Positions 1-14,847 of a stretch of DNA of 64,000 bases are shown here, one piece after another. The translations under genes were made by a program, and so were the position numbers. Positions within the stretch are counted from its first letter, which is position 1, and each line of letters opens with the position of its first letter. Location of the stretch: contig JALMLS010000536.1 of NCBI GenBank assembly GCA_038496445.1, forward strand, positions 62,001 through 126,000. Direction: 5' to 3'. Below the pieces are notes generated by a model. It did not search any database. It was not told where the DNA came from and saw only the letters and a program-made list of their open reading frames with translations. Source of the DNA: Trichosphaerium sp. ATCC 40318. Lineage: Eukaryota; Protista; Tubulinea.

Positions 1-1311
1 TATGGACTATGTGTCAGACAAGTACGTAAGAGAAACCTAAATGAAGAAAAATCCGTTTAGAGAAAACTTTCTTTTTGGAACAATTTTTGGATTTTCTTTG
101 TTTGATTCACAGTTGTTTAGTTTAGTAATCTACTGCGTATAAACAACACTGTATTAAAGTATGGAACTAAGCAAGGGACAATAACTGGTATTATAAAAGC
201 GCATTATAAGCTCAATACTAAACTATCCAAGTATGTTATTCTTCAAAAAAAAAACCGAAAAATTTCTTTGACAGCCTTTTCTCTTCACATTTAAATTTCG
301 TTACCTCGGTTAACCTCAATATCTTATCTAGTACATACGAGAACCTTGTATTTTTATGTTTCCATCGCTTCGACTTTAAGAAACTTCCGTTTCTTAGCTT
401 CGATGACATTTGTTCTTTTGCTGGTGTTATGATGAAATTATGGGTTAATATTACTGATGAAGATAAGCGTACACCATCACTGCAAATTAACACAAAATTC
501 ATGAGCCAGCTTCGTGATTTAAAGGTAAGTTATGAGCCTGTTAGCCTTGTCATGTCTCCAGCACGTCATGTGGCATTCGAGCTTAATTTTTTTCTGTCTG
601 CTCCAATGAAGGATCTTTCTCTTTTTTCCTCGCTACACAAACTATTTTATGGAATACTTTTGCGTGATATGTCACTCCCTGTTGGCGTTTTGTTGTTTTG
701 TTTTATATTTTTTTGATTTCTTTTTTTAGTACTTTATGTATGATGATAGATCGATCATACCTCAATATATTACAGCTATTGGAAAGCGTCTTTCAAAAAA
801 ATTAGATGATCAAGTAAAGCTAAAAAAGCTATCCAATGCCTACACTCAAATGTTGCGTTTTTTATTCGGGTGAGTAACAACCAATTATGGTTCATTATTT
901 CTCATCTATTTTCAGGTTTGGTGCACGAATATGTTCTTCTAGAGAATTCCGTGATATTTTCGAAGACTTATTGCTGAAGGTGGCACTAGTTCTTAAAGTT
1001 GAGATATTGCTTACAAAGCATGTACGCAGACAACGCTTTTTACTGAACAAATTAATAATTTTTTTCCCAATGAGAAATTGTTGAAGTTGCACTGCATTTG
1101 CCTTTTCAACATGCCACTTTTTTTATTTGTTTGTAATTATAATTGATATTTTGTTTAGGATATTTCAGAGTTCTTTAGAGCATGCAGTGACTCTATAGTT
1201 CAGATTTTAAAAAAGAAAACAAGACGGCATGTTAAGCTATCTGAGACATGGGAAAGGTATCTCTATGGTGTGCGATTAATAGTGGCACAAGTGTATAATA
1301 AAATTGGATAA
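1..1311 (+). CDS. FIBP: FGF1 intracellular binding protein homologue (5'-truncated, multi-exon)
   Basis: Spliced exons give FHRFDFKKLPFLSFDDICSFAGVMMKLW...FGARICSSREFRDIFEDLL...TWERYLYGVRLIVAQVYNKIG*, resembling the FIBP C-terminal half; GT-AG introns. Confidence 0.8.
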
Positions 1312-1588
1312 AAGTTTGTAATAAAGACAGTAAATTAATGACAAACAATTGAAAACAGCATTTCCTTTACCTTGTAACCTTGTTTTAAGCAGATGTATTG
1401 TATTTTCGGAACGTGGTGTTTTTTGCTTGCATACTGGCCACCCGCGTGGTTTGTTTAACTGTTTAAAGACCCAACGAGAATTAAGAAAATAACAAGACTT
1501 TAGAACAAGCCATTCACAGAAAAAACAGCTAGAAGCTAAGTCAGTGTCTCAAATTGTGCCTCTAGCAATTGGCGGAGCCGTAAATAGA

Positions 1589-2678
1589 ATGGACAAGCAA
1601 AGAAATGCTCAACGGGGTTATTCTAGGGCAAACTATTTTGTTGTTATTTGTATACGCGATAAAGATATGATTCAGAACCTAGCAACTGTACACGAGCATT
1701 TGGAGGAAAAATATAAAACAGAAAGGAATCTGTTGCGTAAAGGGTTCCCAGACCTTAACGATGTACATTTAACGCTATTTGCAATGCATGGGCGGAAGAA
1801 CAGGATTGCTCAGGTCGTTGAAGCCTTAAACTCATACGGAGAAAAAATAGCGGCGGAAAAGGTTGACAGAGGCTTTAACCTTGAATTAAAAGGCGTTGGA
1901 GCGTGGAAAACGGAAGGAAACAAAATCATTCTGTATGCCGATTTAGAAAGAGAAAGTAGAGAGGCAGTCAAAAAACTTGCTAAAGATATCAGAGATCACG
2001 TTGCTGACGAGATGAAAACAAAGCATGGTATATCGCTACAAGTCAAGGATGACGCCAAACCATTAAATGAGAAGGTTGATGTAACAGAGGATGAGGAAAC
2101 TCCAAAAGAAGCAAGAACTGGTGCGTTGAACTTTTTTTTTTCTTCATTTTTTGGAAAGTCACGTTGACGAAGAGGTTTAGGAAAGAAAGCTCCAGAAATA
2201 TTCTGGATGGATGACCCTCAAGCTGATTTATATGTACCACATATTAGTTTATTCAAAGGAGATCCTGAATGGGATAAAAAAATCCGTCAAAGAATTTTAG
2301 GTGGAAAACACAATCAATTAAAACCAAAAGCAAAAGGAAAGAAAACAACAGGTGGACAAAGCGGAAAACGTAAGAAAATGACTGGACATAAATCTAAAGA
2401 TCCTTATGGATGGGATTTTGAGTTGTTCCGTGATGTTAGGAAGGATTTTAAAGGTACAAAAGACAAAAACTTCTTGACCATAAATTGACTTTTTTGAAGG
2501 ATTCTCTTTTGGAAAACAGCCTGTCACGTTTGTAGAGTTACAAACAGGTTTCGAAACTGTTGTGAAAGTAGAACTAGGAAATGTTGTAGAGTTTAAGGAT
2601 AAGAGCCTTTCTTTAACAGATGAGTTTGATGATCTCTCCATTGGAGATGATTACGATGATGAATACGAATCTCAATAA
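1589..2678 (+). CDS. AKAP7-like 2H phosphoesterase (2',5'-phosphodiesterase / 2'-5' RNA ligase fold)
   Basis: RANYFVVI start plus two HxT/S motifs (VHLTL, PHISL); two GT-AG introns. Confidence 0.8.
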
Positions 2679-2844
2679 ACACATATTTTGTAACCTCAAA
2701 AGATGGATGACAAGGCTCCAGTAGCCCAGCTTTTTTGTGAAGGGTGCACGTGAGGGACAAAATAGATGATTTGATAGCTTTGTATTAGTTCTTTTTACAA
2801 CGCCTTTTGAGAGTGCAATAAACGTGATTGTTGATACAGTGCCT

Positions 2845-4651
2845 TTAAAACCAGAAACTTGCTGAAAAGCAAGGTGATAATGATCTTACATAATGAAAAT
2901 ACCCTTCAGGCATGTACAATATCTCTCCAGGACCGACTATAGCTTCAGTATAACTAACACAAACGTTATTTTCTACAAAGAACAAGCTACAAGGTAAGAT
3001 TTTACATACGTTGCCTTAGAGAACAATGGGTATTTCTCGAGGTCTGGATTCTCAACATTAATTGGACTAATATTATTCTGTGCTTTAGTGCCTATTAACA
3101 ACAATTAATATCCAAGCACACGTGAACACAAAGGGGGTTGTGATTTTTCTCATTCCATATGTCATTGTTGGTTTTATTTGTTGAACTTACTCGCTGTTTG
3201 TGATTTGTCAATGTATAAGTACTTTGCTTGAGAAGGTGCATACAGCCTAATATACTTCCATCCAGTCACCTAAAATGAGAAAATTAGTGTTTTACGCTGT
3301 AAATAACTGTTTTTGTTGAGTACTGACCTGTACGAAGATATTGTCATAGGAATCAAAGTGTAGTGGTGTTTCAGTACCTGCTGTACCTAGCCATCCGTGT
3401 ATATGCTCTAAACTACCCAAACTAAAGAAATCCTTAGACTATGGGGCGAATACAATTAAAGTTACTATCACCTTGTGTACTGAGGTACTGTAAAATCATT
3501 CTATTTATAGAGAATTACTTTTAAAAGTCATTGTGACACTGTACCTTTAATGTTCTCAGCTGAGTAAACAGGGGATGCTGTGCAACGTATGCTATTTTTT
3601 CTGTTTTTTTACCTTCCTTTGAAGCTACATTGCTTGGTACCTGAGCTTACGTTTAAAAACGGAGCGTTAAAAAAAAAAGATACTAACTAGAAATGTTTTG
3701 ATGAATTCCTCGAGTGTCATTGTCTCCTCTTTCCAGTCACCACGATTATGTATACCCAACTCTACTGGAACTGTGTGAAAGCCGTAATTTTTAGTAAAGT
3801 ATCTAATGGAAACAAGTTTAGTTAATAATAGCAGGGTGCTTTTTGACATTAGCCCAAAAAAAATACCTAAGATCTTTCCACTCCTTTATTGCTGGCCATT
3901 CAACATGTTTAGTTATAACAACAGGTGTTTCAGTTTTCCAAAATTTAGTCTTGAATGCATTACAATCAATATTTTCAACTCTTTGAACACCATGTTTTAT
4001 AGTAGGCGCATTTACAAGAGTCTCACCAAGCTGTTAAAACAATTATGTTAAGAAAATGTGTAATAGCTTTACATACCTTGTAGTCATCCTCAGCACCACT
4101 CTCATCTATGAAAGAGTATTCATCTAGTAATTTGATTAACACGTATCAATAATAAACAGCATGACAAGCAATTACAAACCAGCAAGCAATGTTCAAAGCT
4201 AAAGAATTCTGTAACAACATTTTGGATAAAAAAAATACCTTTGATGCAAGGCTCAACAAGGTTCCTTATAGGATCGATTAGAGACAAAGGTGCGCCCATA
4301 ATTAGAGCCATATCAACATCGCACATGCTCTCAGCATATTTCTTTTCCAAAAACTGTAATATGTCAACGCGCGTGCTACATTTCTTTCAAAAAACTTACA
4401 GCCAAATGTGCTTTTGCTAGTCTTGCAAATAAATATGCTAAAAAATACTCTGTTAAAACACTACAAGTGTTCTTTATGACTCTACCTTCTCGCCAAGCTA
4501 CATGACTGGCAGTTTTGTCCTTTAGTTTATCCCAAGACGCCTGTTGATTAATTTATTCGTTTGCTTCGTAATAGATGCGTCGTACGGTTGTAACTAGACT
4601 TGAAAGTGCGTATGCCTGCGTGTAATCCTCTTTTGACGCCGCAACGGACAT
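2845..4651 (-). CDS. KDM8: JmjC-domain hydroxylase KDM8/JMJD5
   Basis: [73 protein letters not shown]. Confidence 0.9.
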
Positions 4652-4979
4652 TTTTTCCAAATTGATTGCTATTTTTTTTGTACTGGTTGTAGCGTTAACG
4701 CTGCCATTGGGTAATATTTTCGTACCTTTTAGTGCTGTCTTTGAGAGAATGTAAATCAGCTATCGCTAAAGACGCTATTAGTATCTCAATATGCGTGATT
4801 ACGCGTACTTTGCCGTAAAACATTGCGTATAGTTGACAAGTAGCTTTTTAGTGCCTTTTTACCCTCTGCTGCTAAGGCTTCCATTCGTATTATGCTAGAG
4901 GCGTTTAACTGCCGCCATTTGACTCACGAAGAAATTTGTCTGGTATTCAGAAAAAACGCTGTAAGGGCTTTGGTGCATC

Positions 4980-7900
4980 ATGTCATCTGTTTCTCCAGTA
5001 TCCCAGGCACTCTTTCAAGGGTTATTACAATACCTACAACCAGACAAGATTGTTGCAAATTTCTCAACGGTGTTACAGCTCCTACATGACCACCGTATGC
5101 TTTTAAGATGCATAAATGACGCAGAAACGAACGACAAGCATACCCGATTAAATGCTCGTACAATTCTTGGGATTTGGCTAGACAGGACTGCTAAGCTTAT
5201 TAACGCGAATGAAGACGCTGTGAAGCTATGCGGACTCTGTTTGCTTTGCGAAACTATAGGCGTATCAAATCACGCTAGTTTAGAGCTTATTATAAACAAA
5301 AACGTCCCAAAACTACTGTGGAGCAAACAAGTGCTAAAAGTAAGAATTAAGCGTATTTTCTCAACTAAATTTCGTTTCTAGAGCGTAAAGGCAGGACAAT
5401 GTCAAATTGGCGACGCTGCTGTACGTCTTTCATGGCATTTAGAAATTAGGTAACTGACACTGACATTTTTACAAATAGGTAGCTCTCAGTAAACTATTCA
5501 AACACGCACAGAACCACCATGATCTTCAACAAACGCTCCGAAAACAAGTAGACCCTGACAGATTTATTAGCAACTTAATTGCTATTGCCAAGCGTACAAA
5601 CCATAAGGTATGCGTAACACAGCGTATTTTTTGCGTTTAAGCGCGTTTTAAGCTTCAAATTGCATTTTTGTAGTTTGACACAATGCTCACCTTATTTCTA
5701 GCGTTGTGCCTTCCGTGCTCTCACAAATTGTATTCGAGTACTGAGAACTAGATTAAACACACGTCAAGACGCTTTTTATGATGTTTGCTTTGACGGTTTA
5801 GCATCTACAGATGAGCAAGTTCAAACTGTTCGTAAATTGTTTTTTGTTGGGTTTTTTAATGACATGTTTTAGTATTCTGCTCTTTGTTTGGCGCAGTCTC
5901 CACGTAACACCGAAATATGGATACAATTGGTTAAGAGAATATTAACTACAGCAACTGAACTTATTGAGGATACACATAAAGCATACACTACTGAAGATTA
6001 TGGTACAAATTCCTTACAATTCAATCTCTTCCTTGTAACAACAAAACCACGAAATCTTTACCTGTAACTATTGTTCTATTCATTCTCATTATTACTTAGA
6101 AGTCAAATTTAAACTTAAAGCTAGCCAAAGGGCAGCAGCATTACGCGGGTATCTAAGGTAATATAAAATGACATTTTCAAACAAAACTAACTTAAGTTTA
6201 GAGCTATTCAGATGTGCCTTGGAGAAGTTCGAGAATTCGTTGTTAGTGTTCCTGTGAAGAGCATCCTTGATCTCATATATACAGTTCTAGAAGTAGATTT
6301 AGACGAAGCTTTCTTGGTACATTTCATTGAACGCACCGAGCTCATCTTACTAATATTGCTGTAGAATGCCGAGTCTTTGAATGTATCAAAAATTGAACGT
6401 ATGAGACTTGTACCAGACTTTCATTGTAGCGCCATAGAACTACTACAAGGCGTAATTGTAAAGTACGGACAAGGCTTTAAAAACAACAACTTTTACTAAT
6501 TGTTTTTAAACAAAAAGTTGTCATTCACTCCTATTACCACACATGAAGCAAATAACCCAGCTCATAAAAACAAGTCTCACAGAGACAATGAGGTATGTAA
6601 TATATATTTTACAATCATAGAGCGAGAAATTGCAATGAGAAACAGTCTTTGACCACTTTTTTTCTTTTTCTTCCTAATTTATTCTTAATTTTTCGATGTA
6701 GCTTTACTTTATCAAGTACTGCTCAAAAAACTAGAATTTACAAACTTGTACGCACCATGTACGATGTTCTTGGTACTACTGTTGGTATTTTCTTAAATGA
6801 TGTAATGTTACCTCATATCATGGCCGATTTGGACGCAAATGTCACTAGATCAACAGTTCAATATGAACCAGTACGTTTTATGAATACGTTTACTCTGTTT
6901 AACGATATTAGGGTCAATCTGGGCGTCGTTGGGGAGAGAAAAAAAAGAAAGTTGCACAATTTAATCTGGTATGTAACTATGTCTGTTGTACCTCTAACAG
7001 CTTATTAGGGTGTTACTGAGGGACCTTCAACTGTATATACTAGTAAAGAAACATCTGCTAACAACAGAACGAGAATACAAGCGCTTAAGCTACTAAGAAA
7101 CATGCTAACGCATTGTGGAGCTCTAATGGGCAAGGATAAGAAACAAATAGATGTCCTTTTGATTAAAACATACGTCGGAATGCAGTCACAAGTACCAGAC
7201 GCTTATAGACGCGAAAAAGTTCGCTTAGAGCTCTACAAGTACGTGCGATTACGCGTTGCCATTAAACCTGTTTTTGAGCCTTCCAATCACTCACAAGTCT
7301 TCTTACAGAGTTCTTAAAGCCAATATGCTTGGCACTTCTGTCCAACACGCACCTACACTTCCTTACGCCATCACTATATTTACAGCTGGCTTAAGAGACG
7401 CTTCGCCTAAGGTAGGGTTTTTTTATTATGCGTTTCTTATTTTATTCTTATTATTGTACCTAGATTCGTCGGTGCTGTAAAGAATCTCTACAAATATGTG
7501 AGCGCCTTGCTAGACCTGCTGCACCACCTATGCTACCACTAGTATCTAAACAAGACTACCTCATTGAGCCTACCAAAATAATTACAGAAGAGGTCAGAGC
7601 TGGTGTAAAAAGGTAAAAAACAAGCCCTTCTTCTAAAGTTTTAAGCTTTTTGACATGACCAACTTTTTTTTTCAAAATTAACTCGTCTGTAGGGGTGTCG
7701 ATGACATTTCGTCTAACATAGATGAAGACGATAGTAACGATGAAGTGATTGAGCCTTCACCAGCAAAGAAAAGAAAAATTGCAAAAGTTGCACCAAAGAA
7801 AAAACCACAAAAGAAAACAAAAGCGCCTCCAGTCACTGCAACAAAAAAGAAACAAACAAAAAAATCACCAAAAAAAAAAGAAGTTGTAAAAGACGAAGTA

Positions 7901-8374
7901 GAAGAAGAAACGAATGAAGGACCTCCAAAAAGAAGAAGATCATCTCGACTTGCTAAGTTAAAGAAACAAGAGACAAAACCACAACAGAAGGCTCCAACAA
8001 AGAAGAGAAAGGTAAAGGATAAATCACCTACAAAGAAAGAAACAACAAAAGCCCAGAATGGAAAGAAAACGCCTGACAAGAAAAAGAGTGCGTTTTGAAT
8101 TTTTCCTCTTCCTTGCTTTGTTGTTAACGCTTTTGCTCTTTAGAGCGTTCAAATTCTAAGTCATCACCTGTAAAACCTCAAACTTCTAGTTTGTTATTAC
8201 AAGTTAATGCTGATGGAACAGGAGATAAGGACGAAGACGTAATGGAGTACGCCAAACAAAAAAAGAAATTTTTGCTGCTCAGTTTCTTAACGTTTGTGTA
8301 GTATTGACATCATGCCTTCCATTGATGATTGTGGCCCAGATTCTAGTGATGAAGACGATTTTCTTGAGCAATAG
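4980..8374 (+). CDS. Rix1/PELP1 pre-60S biogenesis factor
   Basis: Helical N-terminus (W..RT..L...CGLCLL), Lys-rich tail, C-terminal IMPSIDDCGPDSSDEDD typical of Rix1/PELP1; many short introns. Confidence 0.7.
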
Positions 8375-8763
8375 TAGGACGTCTATTAGGGGTGATAACA
8401 TTTATACTGATCGGTAAAAGAATTACTCTTCCAAAAAAAAAGTATTGTACAAAAATAAAACAAAAAAAAAACCTTAACCTTGAACGTCTTTCACCACAAG
8501 TTACTGTCAAGATTCTATGCAGGTAGTTTGCACAAGTACGCGACTTATCCCTTGTACGGGTTTACAGTTCAAAAAACTACAACCCTTTGAGAACAAAGCA
8601 AAAAAAATCATTTTTGGTGTTATGATCTTACACGACGAATTTTTAAATTGGATTTATGCAAGTGGTAAGTTGTTCTAGTAGTAACACTGCATAACGTTTG
8701 CGGAGGGAAGGGAGAGTACCGTAACAAAAAGAATAAAAAAAATAAAAATGTATTTCACATGTT

Positions 8764-9600
8764 TTAGTTCGAGATAAGTCCCATGTAATCTTCTCTGATG
8801 GTTCCAACTGCAAACTAGAGAAGGTATAAGTTACACGCGTACAATTGAATATACACAATTTAAAAAGAGCATGTAAAGAGGCGCTAAGGTGATCTTTTAA
8901 GCCAACAATAAAACGTACAATTTCGCTTGCATGAAATTGAACACCAATAATCTTAAGACGCACTGTGCTTCCATGTTCAATTTTAGCACTTTGATCGTTT
9001 TTCATGTAGCTGAGTATAATTTATTAGTATACATAAGGTACAACAAAAAAGCATAAAGAGATGATTTAAGTGACAAAAAAGCACGTGAAAAAAAAAAGCG
9101 AAGAAATTTCAAAAAGTTCGCAAATTTGCTTCAAAGCTTACCAAGGTCCAACTGGATCATATGAGTAATCTGGTGGTACGTTCTAAATACGTATTAGGCA
9201 TAAATATTACCTAACGACAAGTACATTGCTGTGGACTAAAATAACCAACGGTCCCGCCTTGGCGTAAAAGCCTACTTCATCGACGGTAGTTACTTTGGCG
9301 TCAATTACTTGGTTTACAAACGGACGAAAGACGATTGCGCTGTATGTAAGATCAAATCGAACCCAACCGCTCTCAATTACTTTACCAAGAGGTAGAGCCT
9401 CTAGGTCTGTGACTATAATGATAAAACCGTGTCTTCCTGCACATGTTCCTTCAACTTCTGTGTCAAGCGTTTCACGAACCGCACGCTGTAGTTTAGGTCC
9501 TTTTTAGAAGTATTAGCGTATAATAACCTACAAAATGCTTACCAAGGTATTTAGGGTGCATTAGTATCTGCCTCTTTAGTACAATATGAAAGAAACACAT
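8764..9600 (-). CDS. RPB7: RNA polymerase II subunit RPB7
   Basis: MCFFHIVLKRQILMHPKYLGPKL...EVEGTCAGRHGFII...AIVFRPFVNQVIDA...GFYAKAGPL...VRLKIIG...IGTIREDYMG. Confidence 0.95.
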
Positions 9601-9718
9601 GTTGTACGCCTCGTGGTGCCTTCTAAATACCAAGACGTACACAGAACCAAAAAAGTCTCAACTTTTCTTCAAAACAGTTTTTTTGTTTTCCTGCAGATTT
9701 TTTTAAAAGTGACTGTAA

Positions 9719-11536
9719 ATGATGAAAGGAGTTCATTTAGGGCTTTTAGTGCTCCTTTGTACATCGTTGTATGTAACATACGGGAAAAAAGACACAACGA
9801 AGGTACAAAAAATGATTTGTTTGTTTTTTATCATCTAACGTATTGGAAAAACAAGAGTAAACTACCTCCTGGCGAGAAGCGCTTAAATGACATTAAAAAA
9901 ATATCAAAACGCTACACTGTTGTAGATTTTACTTCTAGAACATTCCGTCGTCTTGTAGCTAATGGACCAAGGCCTTATCACACTATTATCTTTTTTTCAA
10001 GCAACAGCAGCCAATTTAAATGCCCGTCATGTCAGTACGTAAACAAACACTAGTAGAAAACAGTATGATCTACTTGTTAAACTGTTCAAAAAACTGTTTC
10101 AAAAACAGACTGTTAAGCGTCTAGACGCGTCGTTGCTTGTTACAATACAATCAACGCGCATATTACGTTATCTTCGTCTCTGACACGTCATTCGCTTTTT
10201 GTTTCTCACCTGTCTTGCAGGCGACTACACCCTGAATTTGTGAAGCTTGCTGATCTGTATAAAAATACAATTTCTGGTGACTGGGATAAAGCAAAAGTGT
10301 TTTTCGGTACGTTTTTTTTCATAATAACAACAAATCGAAGATTGCTTTTTATCACATTCTCAATATCATTAATCACGTGATTTGATATTTTTTTTATATT
10401 GTTCTGAATAATTGTATAGGTATTGTTGAGTTATCTCAGTGCCAAGAAGTATTCCAGTTGCACAGGGTATAAACAACAAAAAACTGAGCTTCAAAAAAAA
10501 AAAAAAAAGACTTAATTTTTATCTACTCTACAGTTGTATCTTACGCGTTTTTCTTGTAGGAACTTATACCAGCTCTTCCACAAATAGTACATATACCACC
10601 AGAGGAAGACAAGGTAGGTATCCTAATCCACCTGACAAGGAAATGTCATTTTTTTTCTTCAAGTTTAAAGACGTCTTTAACAATTGTATTACTCAGGTAC
10701 CTGTATTCTGGACTCAAGGAGATACATATAAAATTGAACCACAAAGCTTATCTGCTGAAACTATTGCACAATGGGTTATGGAGCGTACAAAAGAAAGAGT
10801 AAGCCTCCTTTTGTTTTATCTTCAGCTTTTTTTTTATTAAGTCATTATTTAAAGATCTTTCTTCCTCGTACTACATCCCAAACATACGGTTCTTATGCAA
10901 TGATAATATTTTTTGTCATTATGGTTCTTAGAAGATACGATCTTATTCTGGAATATTATCGTAATCCAATGTTCTGGTATGCTTGTGCACTGGTACGTTA
11001 TTTTGATAATCCTGATTATGGCGTCACAAAGAAAAATAGTGTCAACTCGCAATTTCTCTTCTTGCGCTTTCAAGACTTGACTAAAATCTGTTTAGCTTGT
11101 TTGTATATTTACTAGTGTGGGTACAGTATACAACTGGATACGTACACCACCTCTATTTTGGCGTGATCCACGTTCTGGTGGTGTTATGTTCATCTACCCT
11201 CAAATGCGCTCACAATTCGTTCTAGAGGGTGTCATTGTAACTGTTCTTCGTATCCTTACATTTTTATCAGCTTATATCGCTTGTATATGCATACAAAGCG
11301 ATGAAAACGTTTCACCTTTCTCAGATTTTTCTCATTGACTTTTTTTGTTCTTCCTTGACATGATTTAAGTCGGTATTTGCTCAGGTAGTTTTATAATGCT
11401 CAATGAACGTGTTCCACATGAGATTGGTAATGGAAAGACTGTTACAAGCTATTTAGGATACTTAATGACTGTTTTCGGTTCTGCATTTTGTATTCTTTCT
11501 TTATTCCGCTTTAAATTCAGAGGATACCCTTATTAA
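9719..11536 (+). CDS. Oligosaccharyltransferase subunit OST3/OST6 (MAGT1/TUSC3 family)
   Basis: Signal peptide, GPRPY...FKCPSC thioredoxin-like CxxC, GTVYNWIRTPP, RSQFVLEG, C-terminal FRFKFRGYPY*. Confidence 0.9.
11250..11369 (+). other. U12-type GT-AG intron in OST3/6
   Basis: Donor GTATCCTT; branch TTCCTTGAC (11351-11359) 10 nt before AG; splicing restores the frame (VTVLL-GICSG). Confidence 0.9.
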
Positions 11537-12106
11537 AACACATCAAAGAAAAAAAAATCAGTAAATGTTTCTTCTCATTGAGGGCATAAAAAATAATTAA
11601 AAAAACGTTTTAAACCACGCATACAACATTCACGCCGACTGTTTACGGCTATTGACCTGGGAGCGAGAATAATACTTATTTGGTGATTAATTTTTGGATA
11701 TTACCTTGTTTCAAGATCACAGTTTACAATGCTAGGCCTAGCATACCCATTATCTTGTATCACAGTTTATATTTAGTGAGGGTTCACTTGCAACGGATGG
11801 TCTAGTAAAGTTTGCTTGTAGGTCCTCTAATGCTGCCTATTTCGGTTGATTTGCACTACACATTTTTTCAACATATTTCTTCCTCAAAAAGCGAACTAAC
11901 AACCTGTGAACAATGTAAGAAAATTCTCAAGGCCTTCCCGAGACCCGAGTATGGTAGGGCCAGCAAAAAACAATTCAAACTGCTTGCCAAAAAGGCAAGA
12001 CTGGGAGTGTACATTACAAAACACTGTTAAGCTGTGAAGCTAGGATATGCAAGCGCATACATCATAAAAACTCACAAGGTACCGCAATCAAAGGATTGCA
12101 ACAGGT

Positions 12107-12427
12107 TAGAGGTGGTTGTGGTACGGTCCTGGTTAAGCCGGCTACAAAAATCTGTAGCCTGTTAACCGACGGCTAAGAAATTCAACAAAATCTATAATTG
12201 GCTTTTCATTTAAAATTGTGAGATTTTGTGGTGTTGTACCATGGCACCACATGCTTTTTTAAAATTCTGCATGCTCTCAACGGCTTTGAAAATCGTTTAT
12301 GTTTGATACATAGGTCAAAAGCCTAGTATCAAGCAAAAAAAATGCAAAATGGTTGAGCTCCTCTTCCCTTATTTTTCTTTGCCAGTTTTTCGCCACTCCC
12401 AAAAACTTAAACGGCTCACCGGCTCTA
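12107..12427. mobile_element. Possible decayed hAT-type MITE
   Basis: Ends TAGAGgtGGT / TAGAGccGGT (inverted); flanks AAC-AGGT and AACGAGGT resemble an 8-bp TSD; internal hairpin GGTTAA..GGCTACA..TGTAGCC..TTAACC. Confidence 0.35.
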
Positions 12428-12550
12428 AACGAGGTTTGGCTAGCAAAACTAATAATAAGCAAGAGGAAAACTTGTAATGGAAAGTACACAATGGCTTGGT
12501 GATGAACAATGGCAATAGATTGTATACTTGCCTTTTGTGCTGTTGACTAG

Positions 12551-13941
12551 TTAAAAATCAGGCCAAAAGTATAGAAAGGAGGGAATTTGGCATCCTAGAA
12601 TGTCTATCATTTCCTTTGTTATTTGAGTATCACTAATCTCAATTTGATCAAGGCTTGTTAAATTAACAATACCATCATCTGTGATTTGTGAGCAGCCTTC
12701 GAGATCAAGTTTCTTAACACCAATAAGACTGTTCACTCCTTTGTCAGTTATAAGCTTACACTCACAAAGGCTTATGAATTTAACACCAACCAAGTATTGT
12801 AATCCTTTATCCGTCACAGATGTATTATCAAGCAAAATTGTATGTACTCCAGCAAGTGCCTTTAAAGTACTGTCGTCAACACAATCAAGATATGAAATAT
12901 TTATGACTTTTACACCTGCCAATTGTTTTATCCCATCATTTGTTAAAGATTTGCACATACCCAAGTCAATATGGTGTACACCTGCCAAACATGATAGGGT
13001 ATCATCTTTTAGTTGTGTACAACCGCCAAGCTCTATACGTGGTATACCTGCCAAAAGTTTCAACACATCATTTGATATTTGAGTGCAGCCATCAAGATTA
13101 ATTTTTTTAATCTTCTTTGTTGTTTGATTTTGTGTCAATAAATACTTTACTCCTTCATCAGTAATATTCTTGCAGTCACTGAAAGATATGAAACTTGCAT
13201 TTGTTAGTGCTTTTACACTGTTATCAGTAATATTGCATCTGTCAAGCTGTATCTTGTGTACACTACCTGAAATGGCAATAACACCTTTGTCAGTAATTCT
13301 GGCGCAACTGGATACATCAATAGTGTGGACTCCAGAGAGTGCCGAAAGTCCTTTATCTGTTATTTTTGTCCGCATAACATCAATTGTGTGAATACCACCA
13401 AGTTGTTGAAGCCATTCATCTTCTGCATACCCACTTGATATCCTTAGTGTATGAATACCATGAAGTGATTTAAAACTGCAACTACTTTCTTTTGTATGTA
13501 GTTTCAGAGAATGTACACCTGAGATATGTTCTAACATAGCTTCTGTTAACGAAATATTATCCCTTATATGGAGGTGACGGATACCAGAGATGGTTTTAAA
13601 GTCATCATCACTCATTGTAAAATTGCCACGAATAACTATTTTCGTATTTTTTAAAAGAGGACTTCCGTTTAGTTTGAGTAGATTTTCTCTTGACTTGACA
13701 GTCACCTTTAAATACCCCAAATGCTCTAGAATGATCGTAGAAAACAGTTTACAAACAAATGTGGCAGATATACGGCATTTCTTACCCAACAACGCCAGGA
13801 TACAAAATATTATTTCTGTTGGCAGATAAACCAATTCTAATGGCCTATGCATATTGTCAGCACAATAAACAGGGTTTATGTTTAATTGAGCCATAAACGG
13901 CCTAATTAATGTGTGAGAACATACTCTGAAGAACCAAGCAT
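12551..13941 (-). CDS. F-box + leucine-rich repeat protein (paralogue 1)
   Basis: LPTEIIFCILALL...TFVCKLF F-box; about 14 LxGVHTIDLSxCxxITDxG repeats; short first exon MLGSSE, then one phase-2 intron and one ~1.3 kb exon. Confidence 0.9.
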
Positions 13942-14847
13942 CGTTTAATCTTGCAAAAGTTGTTCAAGCAATGGCAGAATAATTTGGAAAGCACATTTAA
14001 AAAATTACTGCCTTAATTAAACATGAATAGCCCTTAGTGCCGGTATTTCCTTCGCCCCATAACTTGTAACATGCAACAATTAAAGGATTTACAAAGCAAC
14101 ATGCGCTATCTTATCCGTAGCTTGTCTACGTCTCATATCAGCGATTTCCCCTTCGGCATGCTCCTAGTATTGTAGTCAATAACAGTTGTATTTGCAGCAA
14201 TCTTTCTCTAATGTCTTGGTTGGAAGCCCTCAGTGAGCATTGAATATATCTTGTGCTTGAGCACGTGAATCAATTTTAAATGTTTTGAATGGTGGCTAAT
14301 AAAAGAGAGTTAAGCAAGTGTCCAAGCAAACACAAAACAACAGAAAGCATACCGCTTTGTGATTTGGGTAGGACCAGAGTAATCTGGATGACACAATATT
14401 GGACAAGACTGGAATGGACTTTACCACACAGATAGAATAGAATAGGATAGAGGCGTAAGCAACGGCTAGGCAATTACGCAATGACTATGATGTACTAGAA
14501 AAGTTGTTTGTAGTTTTCTTGTTTGACTGTGAATAAAACAACGATCTTAGGCTTCGTGACCAAGCAGTCAAGCCAAGAGATAGGCTCTCCTCCAATACGT
14601 GTTGTTGTTGTTTTTAAGGAGTCAATGGACGATAGGGACCTAATATAGACTAAAAAACACATCATCTTCAACAACGAATTACTACGAGCTGTCTTATTTG
14701 TAAACTATTGACTGTAATACTACAATAAATGTTTAATTGTTGCGCTGATAGTTGAGCACATGTATAAATTGACAACCAAAACAAGACTTAACATGAGTTG
14801 TGACTGTGATCCACAGTGGATTGCGACACTCAAAACAGCTTACTGAA

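Noticed and set aside
7678-8079. Antisense ORFs in the track (also 12681-13082, 22821-23159, 38781-39128)
   Set aside because: They are shadows of Lys-rich or repetitive coding sequence on the other strand.
13990-14500. Possible decayed gene on the minus strand
   Set aside because: Only short hydrophobic ORFs with stops; no recognisable homology or splice model.
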